Positions 8,423-16,207 of a DNA stretch of 64,000 nucleotides are shown here, one piece after another. Origin of the DNA: Myxococcota bacterium. Lineage in GTDB: Bacteria; Myxococcota_A; Polyangia; Fen-1088. Each line of letters begins with the position of its first letter. Position 1 is the stretch's first letter. A model generated the notes under the pieces. That model saw nothing but the letters and a program-made list of their open reading frames with translations. It searched no databases and had not been told where the DNA came from. The position numbers and the translations under genes are program-made. The stretch spans positions 2,239-66,238 of the forward strand of contig JAICYS010000002.1 of the NCBI GenBank assembly GCA_025934105.1. The letters run 5' to 3'.

Positions 8423-9589
8423 CTATAGATGAGGGCCGAGGCGCTGCACCAGCCCCGAAACCCGCGGCTCGCCGGGGATGCCGTCGTCGAGCGGGATGAT
8501 CCGGTTTTCGAACCAGCTGCCGGTCACGGCCCGCGGGAGGCGGTTCAGCGCGGCGGTCTCGCGGGCGATGGCGGTTTGCAGCTGGACCCGCCGCTGGCGG
8601 TAGTAGTCCTCCAGCGCCGCCGGGTCCATGCCGCCCAGCGACCGGTCGTATTCGCCGAGCTGGCGGCGGTGGTCGGCCAGGATGGCCTCCAGCTCCGCGC
8701 GTTCGCCGGCGTCGGCGAAGGCGAGGCTGCCGCCCACCACGTGCAGGTCCAGCCGGCCGAGGTGCTTGCCCTCGGCGAACGCGTCCAAAAGGCGCGCGCC
8801 GCCGGCCTTCTCCGGGATCTCGAGGTTGAGCGCGCTGTGACCCAGGACCGCCCAGTCGAGGCCGGCCAGCCCCGCCACCAGGCGGCGCGCCTCGGCGGGC
8901 GGCCCGACGTGGAACAGCCCCACCACCACCTCGGCCCCCTGGCGCCGCAGCGAGGCGATCGCCTGGCGGGCGGCCAGGTCCGCCGGGCCGGCCTCGATCC
9001 CGGCTGCCCGCCAGCTGGCCGCGTCGGCGGGCGCCGGTGGGCTGGTCACCCCGAACACGCCGACCGCGACGCCCGCCAGGCGGAAGATCCGCTCGCTCCC
9101 GAACAGGCGGGCGCCGGTTCGATCGGTGAGGTTGCTGGACAGCACCGGGAGCCGGCGGAGCGCCCGGAGACCCAGCGCCAGATCGCGCTCGCCGGGCGTG
9201 AAGGCGTCCAGGCCGCCGGCCGTGACCGCCGCGGCCAGACGCCGGGCCTGTTCGGCCGATTCTTTGCCGTCGAAGAGGTCGCCGGCGTCGACGACCAGCG
9301 CGGCGTCGGCCTGGGCGCGCGCCCGCGCGACGACCGTGGCGCGCCGGGCCAGGCCGCCCAGCGGGCGGACGCAGTCGCAGGGCGTCGCATGCCCCTCGAT
9401 GTTCGAGCTGTAAAGCAGCGCCAGATCGCGGCCCCGGGGCGGCGGGGGCGGGGGCGGCAGCGCGGCCTGCCCCGCGTCCCTCGGGGGCGGCGCGGACCTC
9501 GCGCTCGGGGGCGGCGCCTGACGGCAGCTCGCCATGGCCGCTGCCAGCAGAGCCAGGCATCCCGTTCCGACTATCCTCGCGAAAGCCAA
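8423..9589 (-). CDS. Lipoprotein, metallophosphoesterase/5'-nucleotidase-like (degenerate motifs)
   Basis: ORF 8423..9589 (388 aa, TTG start). The signal peptide has a lipobox-like AAMASC. LLYSSNIEGH...VVDAGDLF...AVLGHS follows the layout of calcineurin-like/5'-nucleotidase proteins, but the first metal motif is not canonical. The function call is weak. Confidence 0.6.
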   Translation of the reverse strand: MAFARIVGTGCLALLAAAMASCRQAPPPSARSAPPPRDAGQAALPPPPPPPRGRDLALLYSSNIEGHATPCDCVRPLGGLARRATVVARARAQADAALVVDAGDLFDGKESAEQARRLAAAVTAGGLDAFTPGERDLALGLRALRRLPVLSSNLTDRTGARLFGSERIFRLAGVAVGVFGVTSPPAPADAASWRAAGIEAGPADLAARQAIASLRRQGAEVVVGLFHVGPPAEARRLVAGLAGLDWAVLGHSALNLEIPEKAGGARLLDAFAEGKHLGRLDLHVVGGSLAFADAGERAELEAILADHRRQLGEYDRSLGGMDPAALEDYYRQRRVQLQTAIARETAALNRLPRAVTGSWFENRIIPLDDGIPGEPRVSGLVQRLGPHL

Positions 9590-9659
9590 GTCGTCCTTCA
9601 GTCGTGCCGCCAGGCGGCGGCGATCATACTATCTGCCCGAACCCGTCGGACACGACGCC

Positions 9660-10745
9660 ATGGCCGCCCCAAAATCAAAACCGAATCGCGGACGCCACAC
9701 CAATCCGGCCAGAGGGCCGGCGACCTCCGCCGACCACGCCCGTGGGGCAGGCGCAGCTTCGTCCCCGCAGGCTGAGTCCGACGAGCCCGACGAGGAGCTG
9801 CCCGAGGCGGCCGAGGCGGCGCCGGCCGAGCCGATCGACGTCGACGAGGTCGTCCCGCCGCCCCGGCCGGGCGCGCTGGCGCCGCTGCGCGACCCGGTCC
9901 AGCGCTTCTTGGCCGAGGCGCGGCGCTACCAGCGCCTGTCCGACGAAGAAGAGCGGGTGCTGGGGCGCGCCGTCCGCGAGCAGGGCGACATGGGCGCGGC
10001 GCGCAAGCTGGTGGTGCACAACCTGCGGCTGGTCATCAGCATCGCGTACCACTACCGCCGCGCCTGGGCGAACATCCTCGACCTGTTCCAGGAGGGAAGC
10101 GTCGGCTTGATGGAGGCGGTCAAGCGCTGGGAGCCGTCGCTGGGGCCCCGGTTTGGAACCTACGCGGCCTACTGGATTCGCGCCTACGTGCTGCGCTTCC
10201 TCATGACCAACTCGCGGCTGATCCACGTCGGCAACACCCGCGCCGGCCGCAAGCTGTTCTTCCGTCTGGAGAAGGAACGCCAGAAGCTGCTGGCCGCCGG
10301 TTTCGAGCCGACCCCCAAGCTGCTGGCGGCCAAGCTGGAGGTCGACGAGCACGAGCTGGACGAAGTCCGCCAGCACCTGGAGTCGCGCGAGGTCTCCATC
10401 GATCCGCGCGGCACGACCGACGCCGGCGACGAGACCTATGCGCTGTCCGAGCGGATCGCGTCGGGCGGCGATTCGCCGGAGGTCGAGGCCGAGCACGCCG
10501 AGATGGCCGATGCGCTGCACGGCTTCGTCGAGAAGTTCCGGGGCCAGCTCAAAGACGACCGCGAGCGGGCCGTCTGGCAAGAGCACCTGGCCACCGACGA
10601 GCCGGTGGCCCTGGGCGAGCTGGGCGCGCGCTTCGGCGTCTCCAAGCAGCGCATGGGACAGATCGCCGACCAGCTGAAGAAACGGTTCCGCAACGAGATC
10701 GTCGCCAAGTTCGGGCCCGACGTGCGGACCGACTGGCTGGGCTGA
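9660..10745 (+). CDS. rpoH: RpoH-like (group 3) sigma-70 family factor with ~85 aa acidic/Pro-rich N-terminal extension
   Basis: Tracked ORF 9534..10745, with the start moved to ATG 9660. KLVVHNLRLVISIAYHYRR, DLFQEGSVGLMEAVKRWEP, YAAYWIRAYVLRFL and the RpoH-box-like SRLIHVGNTRAGRKLFFRL are present, plus a C-terminal region 4 (LGARFGVSKQRMGQIADQ). Confidence 0.8.
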   Translation: MAAPKSKPNRGRHTNPARGPATSADHARGAGAASSPQAESDEPDEELPEAAEAAPAEPIDVDEVVPPPRPGALAPLRDPVQRFLAEARRYQRLSDEEERVLGRAVREQGDMGAARKLVVHNLRLVISIAYHYRRAWANILDLFQEGSVGLMEAVKRWEPSLGPRFGTYAAYWIRAYVLRFLMTNSRLIHVGNTRAGRKLFFRLEKERQKLLAAGFEPTPKLLAAKLEVDEHELDEVRQHLESREVSIDPRGTTDAGDETYALSERIASGGDSPEVEAEHAEMADALHGFVEKFRGQLKDDRERAVWQEHLATDEPVALGELGARFGVSKQRMGQIADQLKKRFRNEIVAKFGPDVRTDWLG

Positions 10746-11510
10746 TCAGCGCCGGACGCCCCGGACGTAGGCGCGCCAGCAGGTGATGGCGATGGCGCCG
10801 CCGGGCTGTTCCGCCGCCGTGAAGCCGCGGGCGCGCGCCGCCAGGACCTGCCGGCGAACCGCGTCCTTCGCGGCGGCGGGCGTGCCGCGGTCGAACCATT
10901 CGTCGAAATCCAGCGTGAACGGCTCTTCCCGCAGCTCGAGATCCGTGAGGCCGGCCGCCGCGAACAGGTCCAGCAAGGCGCCCGGCGTGAGGTTGCGCGT
11001 GTGCGTGCGGTCGCGGGCCTGCTCGATGGCCTGGTGTGCCGCGGCCGCCGCGCCATCGGGGTCGGTGGTGTGGTCGCACGCGACCAGGACCCCGCCGGGG
11101 TCGAGGTGCGCGACCTGCCGTCGGACGAACGCGGCGGGGTCTTCCAGGTGGTGGATCACGTAACGGGAGATGGCGCCGCCGAACCGCTCGCCGGCCGGCA
11201 GGTCGAACACCGAGGCCCGGCGAAAGCTGGCGCGAGCGGCGAACCGGGCGCAGCGCGCCTCGGCGCGGCGGATCATCTCGGGCGACAAGTCGACGCCCAC
11301 CAGCGTGAACCCGGCGGCGGCGAAGGCCTCCGACACCAGGCCCGGGCCGCATCCCGCGTCCAGCAGGCGGGCCCCGGCGGGGAAAGCCGCGAACGCCACC
11401 AGCCGCGCCAGCATGGCCGGGTCGCTCTGCACGGGCGCTGCCTCGAATCGTCCCGCCTGCCCGTCGAAGGCCGCGGCCAGGTCCCGATCGTGGGTGTCCA
11501 CGGCCGCCAT
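10746..11510 (-). CDS. Class I SAM-dependent methyltransferase
   Basis: Tracked ORF 10746..11567, with the start moved to ATG 11510 (MAAVDTHDRD). It has the SAM motif I LLDAGCGPGLVSE, plus DLSPEMI and ISRYVIHHL. Confidence 0.8.
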   Translation of the reverse strand: MAAVDTHDRDLAAAFDGQAGRFEAAPVQSDPAMLARLVAFAAFPAGARLLDAGCGPGLVSEAFAAAGFTLVGVDLSPEMIRRAEARCARFAARASFRRASVFDLPAGERFGGAISRYVIHHLEDPAAFVRRQVAHLDPGGVLVACDHTTDPDGAAAAAHQAIEQARDRTHTRNLTPGALLDLFAAAGLTDLELREEPFTLDFDEWFDRGTPAAAKDAVRRQVLAARARGFTAAEQPGGAIAITCWRAYVRGVRR

Positions 11511-11557
11511 TATGGCGCGTGGTGAATCGACGCGCCCGACCTGATAGAAACGTGCCG

Positions 11558-12682
11558 ATGGCTGCACGCGGTCGGCCGGCCGGCGCCGAGCTGCAAAGAG
11601 CCGCGGCGCTGCGTCTGGCCGCGCAGCGCCTGGCGCGGCGCGAGCATCGCGATCCCGGCGCGCTGGTGGCGTGGATGGGCGCCATGCAGGCGCAGGATCC
11701 GGCGGCCGCGCGCTGGGCGGTGGGCATGCGGCTTTCCGGAAGCTCCACGACCGAGGCGTCCGTCCAGCGCGCCCTCGACGACGGGCTGGTCATCCGCACG
11801 CATGCGATGCGCTGGACCTGGCAGTTGGTGGCCGCCGCCGACCTGCACTGGATTGTTCCCCTGGTGGCCCCCGAGACCATCCGGCGGGCGGCGCGGCGGT
11901 TCCGCGAGCTGGGCCTCGACGAGGCGGCGGTCCGGCGCAGCCGGGCCGTCTTCGAGCGGGCGCTGCGCGACGGGGCGCACCTGACCCGCGACGAGCTGCG
12001 CGCGGCGCTGGAGGCCGCCGGGATCTCGACCGCCGACACCCGCTTGTCGCATCTGCTGGGCCGAGCCGAGCTGGAAGGCCTGATCTGCAGCGGGGCCATC
12101 CGCGGCAAGGCGCCCACCTTCGCGCTGTGGGACGCGCGCGTGCGTCGGGCCGACAGCCCCTGGCCGCGCGAGCGCGCGTTGGCCGAACTGGCCCGCCGGT
12201 ATTTCCGCAGCCGCGGCCCGGCGACCCTGGCCGACTTCACCTGGTGGTCGGGCCTTCCGCCGGCGCAGGCGCGGGTCGCCCTGGACAGCGTCCGGTCCGA
12301 GCTGGCGAGGGAGGCGTTCGACGGACGAGACACCTGGCGCGACCCCGACCAGCCCGCCGCCACCCCCGCCGCGCTGGCCGGCGCGTACCTGGCGCCACCG
12401 TTCGACGAGCTCTTGATCGCCTACAAGGATCGCGGCGCGGTGCTGGACCCCCGGCACGCGCCCCGGCTGAACGCGGGCGGCGGGATGATCGCGGGCATCG
12501 TCGTGCTGGGCGGCCGGGTGGTCGCCGCCTGGCGCCGCACGCTGGGCCGCGGGCAGGTCTCGTTGGCCGTCGACCCGTTCAGCGCGACGACGAAATCGGA
12601 CCGCGCCCTGATTGCCGCGGCCGCGCAGCGCTACGCACGTTTCCTGCAGCTCGACTTGTCCCTGGCCGTCCGCGAGCGCTGA
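11558..12682 (+). CDS. Winged-helix DNA-binding protein, YcaQ/AlkZ-like (DUF1006) family
   Basis: Tracked ORF 11519..12682. The start is either GTG 11519 or ATG 11558. LVAWMGAMQAQD, LVIRTHAMRWTWQLV, LAELARRYFRSRGPATLADFTWWSGL and PPFDELLIAYKDR match my memory of the crosslink-repair glycosylase-like family. Confidence 0.7.
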   Translation: MAARGRPAGAELQRAAALRLAAQRLARREHRDPGALVAWMGAMQAQDPAAARWAVGMRLSGSSTTEASVQRALDDGLVIRTHAMRWTWQLVAAADLHWIVPLVAPETIRRAARRFRELGLDEAAVRRSRAVFERALRDGAHLTRDELRAALEAAGISTADTRLSHLLGRAELEGLICSGAIRGKAPTFALWDARVRRADSPWPRERALAELARRYFRSRGPATLADFTWWSGLPPAQARVALDSVRSELAREAFDGRDTWRDPDQPAATPAALAGAYLAPPFDELLIAYKDRGAVLDPRHAPRLNAGGGMIAGIVVLGGRVVAAWRRTLGRGQVSLAVDPFSATTKSDRALIAAAAQRYARFLQLDLSLAVRER

Positions 12683-12913
12683 CCCGGCTGCGCGCCGAAC
12701 AGCTCGCTCCGCCGAAGCCAAGGCGGAGGTCTACGCGCACGAGCCGCCAGCACCTGGACCCGCGCGCCCGATGGATTGGACCCAACTGGCGCGCCCGCAG
12801 CCGCAGCCGCACCCGAAAGCAAATGCCATCTTGGAAATTCGCCCGCGGCGAGGAGCGGCGAAATGGAGTGGTGTCGAGCATGCGGAGAGAGCTTAGACCC
12901 TGAGCTAGTAAGC

Positions 12914-12949
12914 TCCGGTCCGGTTCTCGGCCCGGCTTCGCCATCGGGC
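12914..12949. repeat. 36-nt intergenic repeat element, copy A
   Basis: tccggtccggttctcggcccggcttcgccatcgggc matches 37437..37472 at 34 of 36 positions. Both copies are intergenic, with weaker similarity continuing ~15 nt downstream. Confidence 0.85.
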
Positions 12950-13062
12950 GCCGGTTTGTCGGGCGCTGTCCGCTTAAACCGAACTGCATTTGTCCGTTAC
13001 AGTCGACCTGATGCGGATGGGGAGGCCCGCTGGATTTGCCGGCGGTCCCATGCTGTTTCAGG

Positions 13063-13177
13063 GAAATCAGACCGCGCCCTGATTGCCGCGGGCGCGCAGC
13101 GATACGCACGTTTCCTGCTGCCCGATTTGTCCTGGGCGTTCGCGAGCGCTGGCCCGGATGCGAGCCGAAGAGCTTGC
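13063..13177 (+). repeat. Degenerate second copy of the 3' end of the YcaQ/AlkZ-like gene (gene-tail relic)
   Basis: 13063..13177 aligns without gaps to 12592..12706, the last ~30 codons, the stop and ~24 nt beyond of gene 11558..12682. The offset is 471 bp, with roughly one mismatch per 7 nt. Encoded KSDRALIAAAAQRYARFLQLDLSLAVRER compares with KSDRALIAAGAQRYARFLLPDLSWAFASAG, and TGA has become TGG in the copy. Confidence 0.85.
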
Positions 13178-13304
13178 CATCCTCGTCGCTGGGCGAGTGG
13201 CCAGCGGTTGTGGCGGGCGCGGCCAATGAAAGACTCGACAGCTTGCCCGTTGTTGATGCGCGGCCGCGTGCCGACGGGACGGACGGCGGGGAGGGGGAGC
13301 GAAC

Positions 13305-13799
13305 GTGAAAAGGGTGAGTGATTGGACGATGGAGGGCGGCGGAGGCAGAACGTCTCGGGTCGACCGCGCCACCGCGCATCGCTGGAATCGAGCGCTGCTC
13401 AGCATCTATTACTACGGGCGCCGGCACCAGGCGCCCCTGTCCCGGCACCCGCCGCCCGCGCAGGTCCTGCCACTCGAGGCCGCCATCCAGGTGGTCGTCG
13501 GCTCACGCGCGCTCGGCGTCTTGCGCCTGGCTCTGGCGGACCTTTGCCGGACCCGCGCCGCGCAGCCATCCACGCGGATCGAGGTCCTCATGCGCGAGCT
13601 CGTCGCGGCCTACGGCCGGCTCGTGGGTGCCCCGGGTTGGGCCGCCCCCGACATCGTCGAGACGTTCGAGAGGATTTTTCGCGACGACGCCACGCCGGAT
13701 CCCGAAGAAGCCTACCAGCAGGCCATCCGGCGCATGAAAGAGCTCGAGAGTGGGACGGTATTGCAACTCATCAGCTTTACCGTGCAGACGGCGTCATGA
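13305..13799 (+). CDS. Hypothetical protein (cluster ORF P1)
   Basis: ORF 13305..13799 (GTG start; ATG 13329 is also possible). GGAGG-like ggggaggggga lies upstream. The frame is GC3-rich with a balanced composition (LMRELVAAYGRLVGAPGWAAPDIVETFERIFRDDATPDPEEAYQQAIRRMKELE), while the two alternative frames are Arg/Pro junk. The stop overlaps the next start (ATGA at 13796). Confidence 0.55.
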   Translation: MKRVSDWTMEGGGGRTSRVDRATAHRWNRALLSIYYYGRRHQAPLSRHPPPAQVLPLEAAIQVVVGSRALGVLRLALADLCRTRAAQPSTRIEVLMRELVAAYGRLVGAPGWAAPDIVETFERIFRDDATPDPEEAYQQAIRRMKELESGTVLQLISFTVQTAS

Positions 13800-14404
13800 G
13801 GCCGGCCAGCTACAGAGGAACGGCGAGCTTCGCGGGCTCGGTCGCGTCGTTGAGCCGAGCCCTCAACCCGCTCCACTGGCACGAGGATGCGCCGTATTTG
13901 TGGTTTGAGACGTACCTGATGGCTCCGGCCGGGTCACGCGGAGCCGCCGAAACGGGAGCGCCGCCTCACGGGACGAGCCCGGACACGGGCTTGCCCTGGT
14001 TCCGAGCGGAAGCGCCGGCGCAGGCGCCTGCGCGGGACTGTTGGACGCCGACGCAGCTCTTCGAAGCTGTCGTCTTCGACCACTACCTGTATCGGAACGT
14101 TCTGCTGACGGATCGGGTCAACCAACCGGACAAGATTTCGCTGCATTACAGCCAGGTCGAGTGTCTGGAGACCGTCGCCCGGCGCCCGTGCGACGGCGGA
14201 ATCGACCTGGATGTCGGCGAAGGGACAGCCACGCGGGAGCCGGACGGGACCGTCCGGTTGGTCGTCACGAAGACGATCCGGTTCACGCAACCCCAGGCCG
14301 CAACGGCCGAAGTGAATTTACTGGCGCACGTGATGGTTCCTCTCTGCTTCGACTTTTGGTTGCACGCGGGACTGTTCGGAACTGGAGGTTCGACCCATGG
14401 TTGA
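13796..14404 (+). CDS. Hypothetical protein, SRPBCC/START-like paralogue A (cluster ORF P2)
   Basis: Same frame as tracked ORF 13322..14404, with the start at ATG 13796. It is homologous to the C-terminal half of ORF 16204..17184: LNPLHWHEDAPYLWF / ADPRNWKHAAPDFFT, NVLL..ISLHYSQVECLET..DGGIDLDVGEG...RLVVTKTIRFTQP / NVLR..ISYTYRLHTCLQS..SGGLDVDEGHY...RIEASKSVRFTAP. The fold assignment is by eye only. Confidence 0.65.
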   Translation: MRPASYRGTASFAGSVASLSRALNPLHWHEDAPYLWFETYLMAPAGSRGAAETGAPPHGTSPDTGLPWFRAEAPAQAPARDCWTPTQLFEAVVFDHYLYRNVLLTDRVNQPDKISLHYSQVECLETVARRPCDGGIDLDVGEGTATREPDGTVRLVVTKTIRFTQPQAATAEVNLLAHVMVPLCFDFWLHAGLFGTGGSTHG

Positions 14405-14669
14405 CGACAGCAGCACCTCCATGATCGATGCGCGGCGCACACTGCAGGACTGCCAGGAGCGGTGGGACAGGTTCAGGCAGGAAGCCGGGCAGAACGTCGG
14501 TGACTACGTGAACGACAATTTCGACTACCTGCAGAGCCTCCTCGACGACAAGTCGGGCCCGCGCCAATGGGTCAAGGATGGTTTCGCCGTCTGGATTCAC
14601 GGGTACACCACCGCGCGCAATTTGTGGCGGTCTGCGTACCGGGCCGTCTTTCCCGGCGACGAACGGTGA
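14397..14669 (+). CDS. Hypothetical small helical Trp-containing protein (cluster ORF P3, helical module only)
   Basis: ORF 14397..14669 (90 aa) overlaps the previous stop by 8 nt and is GC3-rich. QWVKDGFAVWIHGYTTARNLWRSAY resembles the helical N-terminal modules of ORFs 15581..16207 and 14675..15262. Confidence 0.6.
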   Translation: MVDDSSTSMIDARRTLQDCQERWDRFRQEAGQNVGDYVNDNFDYLQSLLDDKSGPRQWVKDGFAVWIHGYTTARNLWRSAYRAVFPGDER

Positions 14670-14674
14670 CCCGG

Positions 14675-15262
14675 ATGGCGGCGCGGGGAACTCGGAATGT
14701 GCGAGACACGGCCTCCGACGAGCTCGAACGCGTTCGAACGAAGGTGATGACGTTGGTGTTCGCCTGTGCGGACGCCGTCCAGGTCCAGACACGATCGGCG
14801 CGCGCGCTGGCCGAGCGCCTTCTCGACCCGGCCACGCCGGCGACAGCGTCGGGACCGGCGTTCGTGGCGCTCTGGATCCAGTCGCTGCGAAGCACGTTCG
14901 ACCTCTGCCGGCAGATCGGCCGGGTGGTGACCGACTCGCCCGACAGACCGGGTCCCCATGGCGACGTCGGGGCGGGCCAGATCCGATTCTTCGTGCCGGT
15001 CGGCGCCGAAGCCACCGATCCCTTGCCCCTGGGCGTGCCGGTCGGCCAGGTCGGCGCCATCCACGTCGCCGGTCCCGTCGGCGGCGCCGTTCTTCCGGCC
15101 GCCAACGTCTACGTCAGCGTGTCATCGACGGGCGGGCAGGTGCAGGTGGCCCTCATCGGCCTGGATTCGATCCGAGAATTTCAGGAACTGGGAAGCCGGT
15201 GCGGCGCTCGTCTCCACCTTCCGGACGGCCGGACATTGGCCATCGTCGCCGCCCGAACTTGA
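14675..15262 (+). CDS. Hypothetical protein, helical module + beta-rich module (cluster ORF P4)
   Basis: Same frame as tracked ORF 14567..15262, with the start at ATG 14675, 5 nt after the previous stop. The N-terminal helical part is FVALWIQSLRSTFDLCRQIGRVV. The C-terminal beta-rich part is IRFFVPVGAEA...VYVSVSSTGGQVQVALIGL...GARLHLPDGRTLAIVA. Confidence 0.6.
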   Translation: MAARGTRNVRDTASDELERVRTKVMTLVFACADAVQVQTRSARALAERLLDPATPATASGPAFVALWIQSLRSTFDLCRQIGRVVTDSPDRPGPHGDVGAGQIRFFVPVGAEATDPLPLGVPVGQVGAIHVAGPVGGAVLPAANVYVSVSSTGGQVQVALIGLDSIREFQELGSRCGARLHLPDGRTLAIVAART

Positions 15263-15615
15263 CAGGGGGCGAAACAACCGTTGCCTCGGCCGTTCGATCC
15301 GAAGTGGAAATCGTTATTCGAAGCCTCGACCACCTCGGCATCGAGCAGCTGTTCGTCCGGGCCCACACCGGCCCATTCCCCGGGACGACGGCGCGAAAGC
15401 TGCAGACAGCCCTGGCCAACCTGACTGCGCTGGCGGTCGGCAGCGCGCGTCCGGTGCCGCCGGCCAGCGGCCGCTACGAGCTGGAGATTCGCGAACGCCG
15501 GGGCGGCCGGCCCCTGTCGCTGACGGTCGTCCACGGCGACCTCACCGGCCCCTCCGTGGCGGTGCGCGAAATCATCCGTCTCATTGCGCTGGGGGCCGCC
15601 CCGACCGGCGATTAG
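15259..15615 (+). CDS. Hypothetical small protein, beta-rich module only (cluster ORF P5); start uncertain
   Basis: This is the tail of tracked ORF 14578..15615. There is no ATG. Candidate starts are TTG 15259 (TTGA overlap with the previous stop) or GTG 15304. VEIVIRSLDHLGIEQLFVRAH...PPASGRYELEIRERRGGRPLSLTVVHGD carries the same G-x-Y-x-strand ending seen in P6 and P11. Confidence 0.45.
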   Translation: MTGGETTVASAVRSEVEIVIRSLDHLGIEQLFVRAHTGPFPGTTARKLQTALANLTALAVGSARPVPPASGRYELEIRERRGGRPLSLTVVHGDLTGPSVAVREIIRLIALGAAPTGD

Positions 15616-16207
15616 GCCCTACGCGTTCCGGCTTTTGTCGGACCTGGACCAGAACGATTGCCAGGGGGGCTGTCAGCGCAGGAATCGTGACCAGGCCGAT
15701 GTAGTCGCCCTCGGCGGGGGGCGGGGCGTCCAGCGTCAGACGAACCCGCAGGGTTCGCCCGCGGTTGACCAGCTTGGCGACGTAGCTGCCCTCGGTGATG
15801 ACGTCGTTTCCGCCCACCCGCTGAATGGTGCTTTTGTGAATGGGGGTGCTCTGGGAGTCGTAGGCGCGCGACAGTTGGACGTCGTACGGCGCAGGCGACG
15901 TTTGGCCAGGCGAGACCGAGAAGATGGCCCAGCCCGGGCGCGCGTCCTCGGCCAACGGAGCTCGCCAGACATCCATCGCCAGGACGTAGTAGGACTGCCA
16001 CAGGCTGGCCGCGGCGGCCGCGACGTCCGTGAACCGCGCAGTGCCCCCGATGGCCCGTCCCCAGAGATCGTTCAGCGTGTCGACCGCGGCCAGAACCGCC
16101 TGAGACGAAGAGGCGACCAGGTTCCGCGCGCTCTCGAGACCGGGGAAGTTCGAGCTGGTCTGACCGTCTGGCTCGGGGACGTGGACCTCTTTGTCGTTCT
16201 CGTTCAT
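15581..16207 (-). CDS. Hypothetical protein, helical module + beta-sandwich-like module (cluster ORF P6)
   Basis: Same frame as tracked ORF 15581..16618, with the start at ATG 16207 (MNENDKEVHV). That start overlaps the stop of ORF 16204..17184 (ATGA). The helical part is DTLNDLWGRAIGG...ASLWQSYYVLAMDVWRAPL. The beta part is WAIFSVSPGQTS...TLRVRLTLDAPPPAEGDYIGLVTIPALTAPLAIVLVQV. Confidence 0.65.
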   Translation of the reverse strand: MNENDKEVHVPEPDGQTSSNFPGLESARNLVASSSQAVLAAVDTLNDLWGRAIGGTARFTDVAAAAASLWQSYYVLAMDVWRAPLAEDARPGWAIFSVSPGQTSPAPYDVQLSRAYDSQSTPIHKSTIQRVGGNDVITEGSYVAKLVNRGRTLRVRLTLDAPPPAEGDYIGLVTIPALTAPLAIVLVQVRQKPERVGPNRRSGRPPAQ

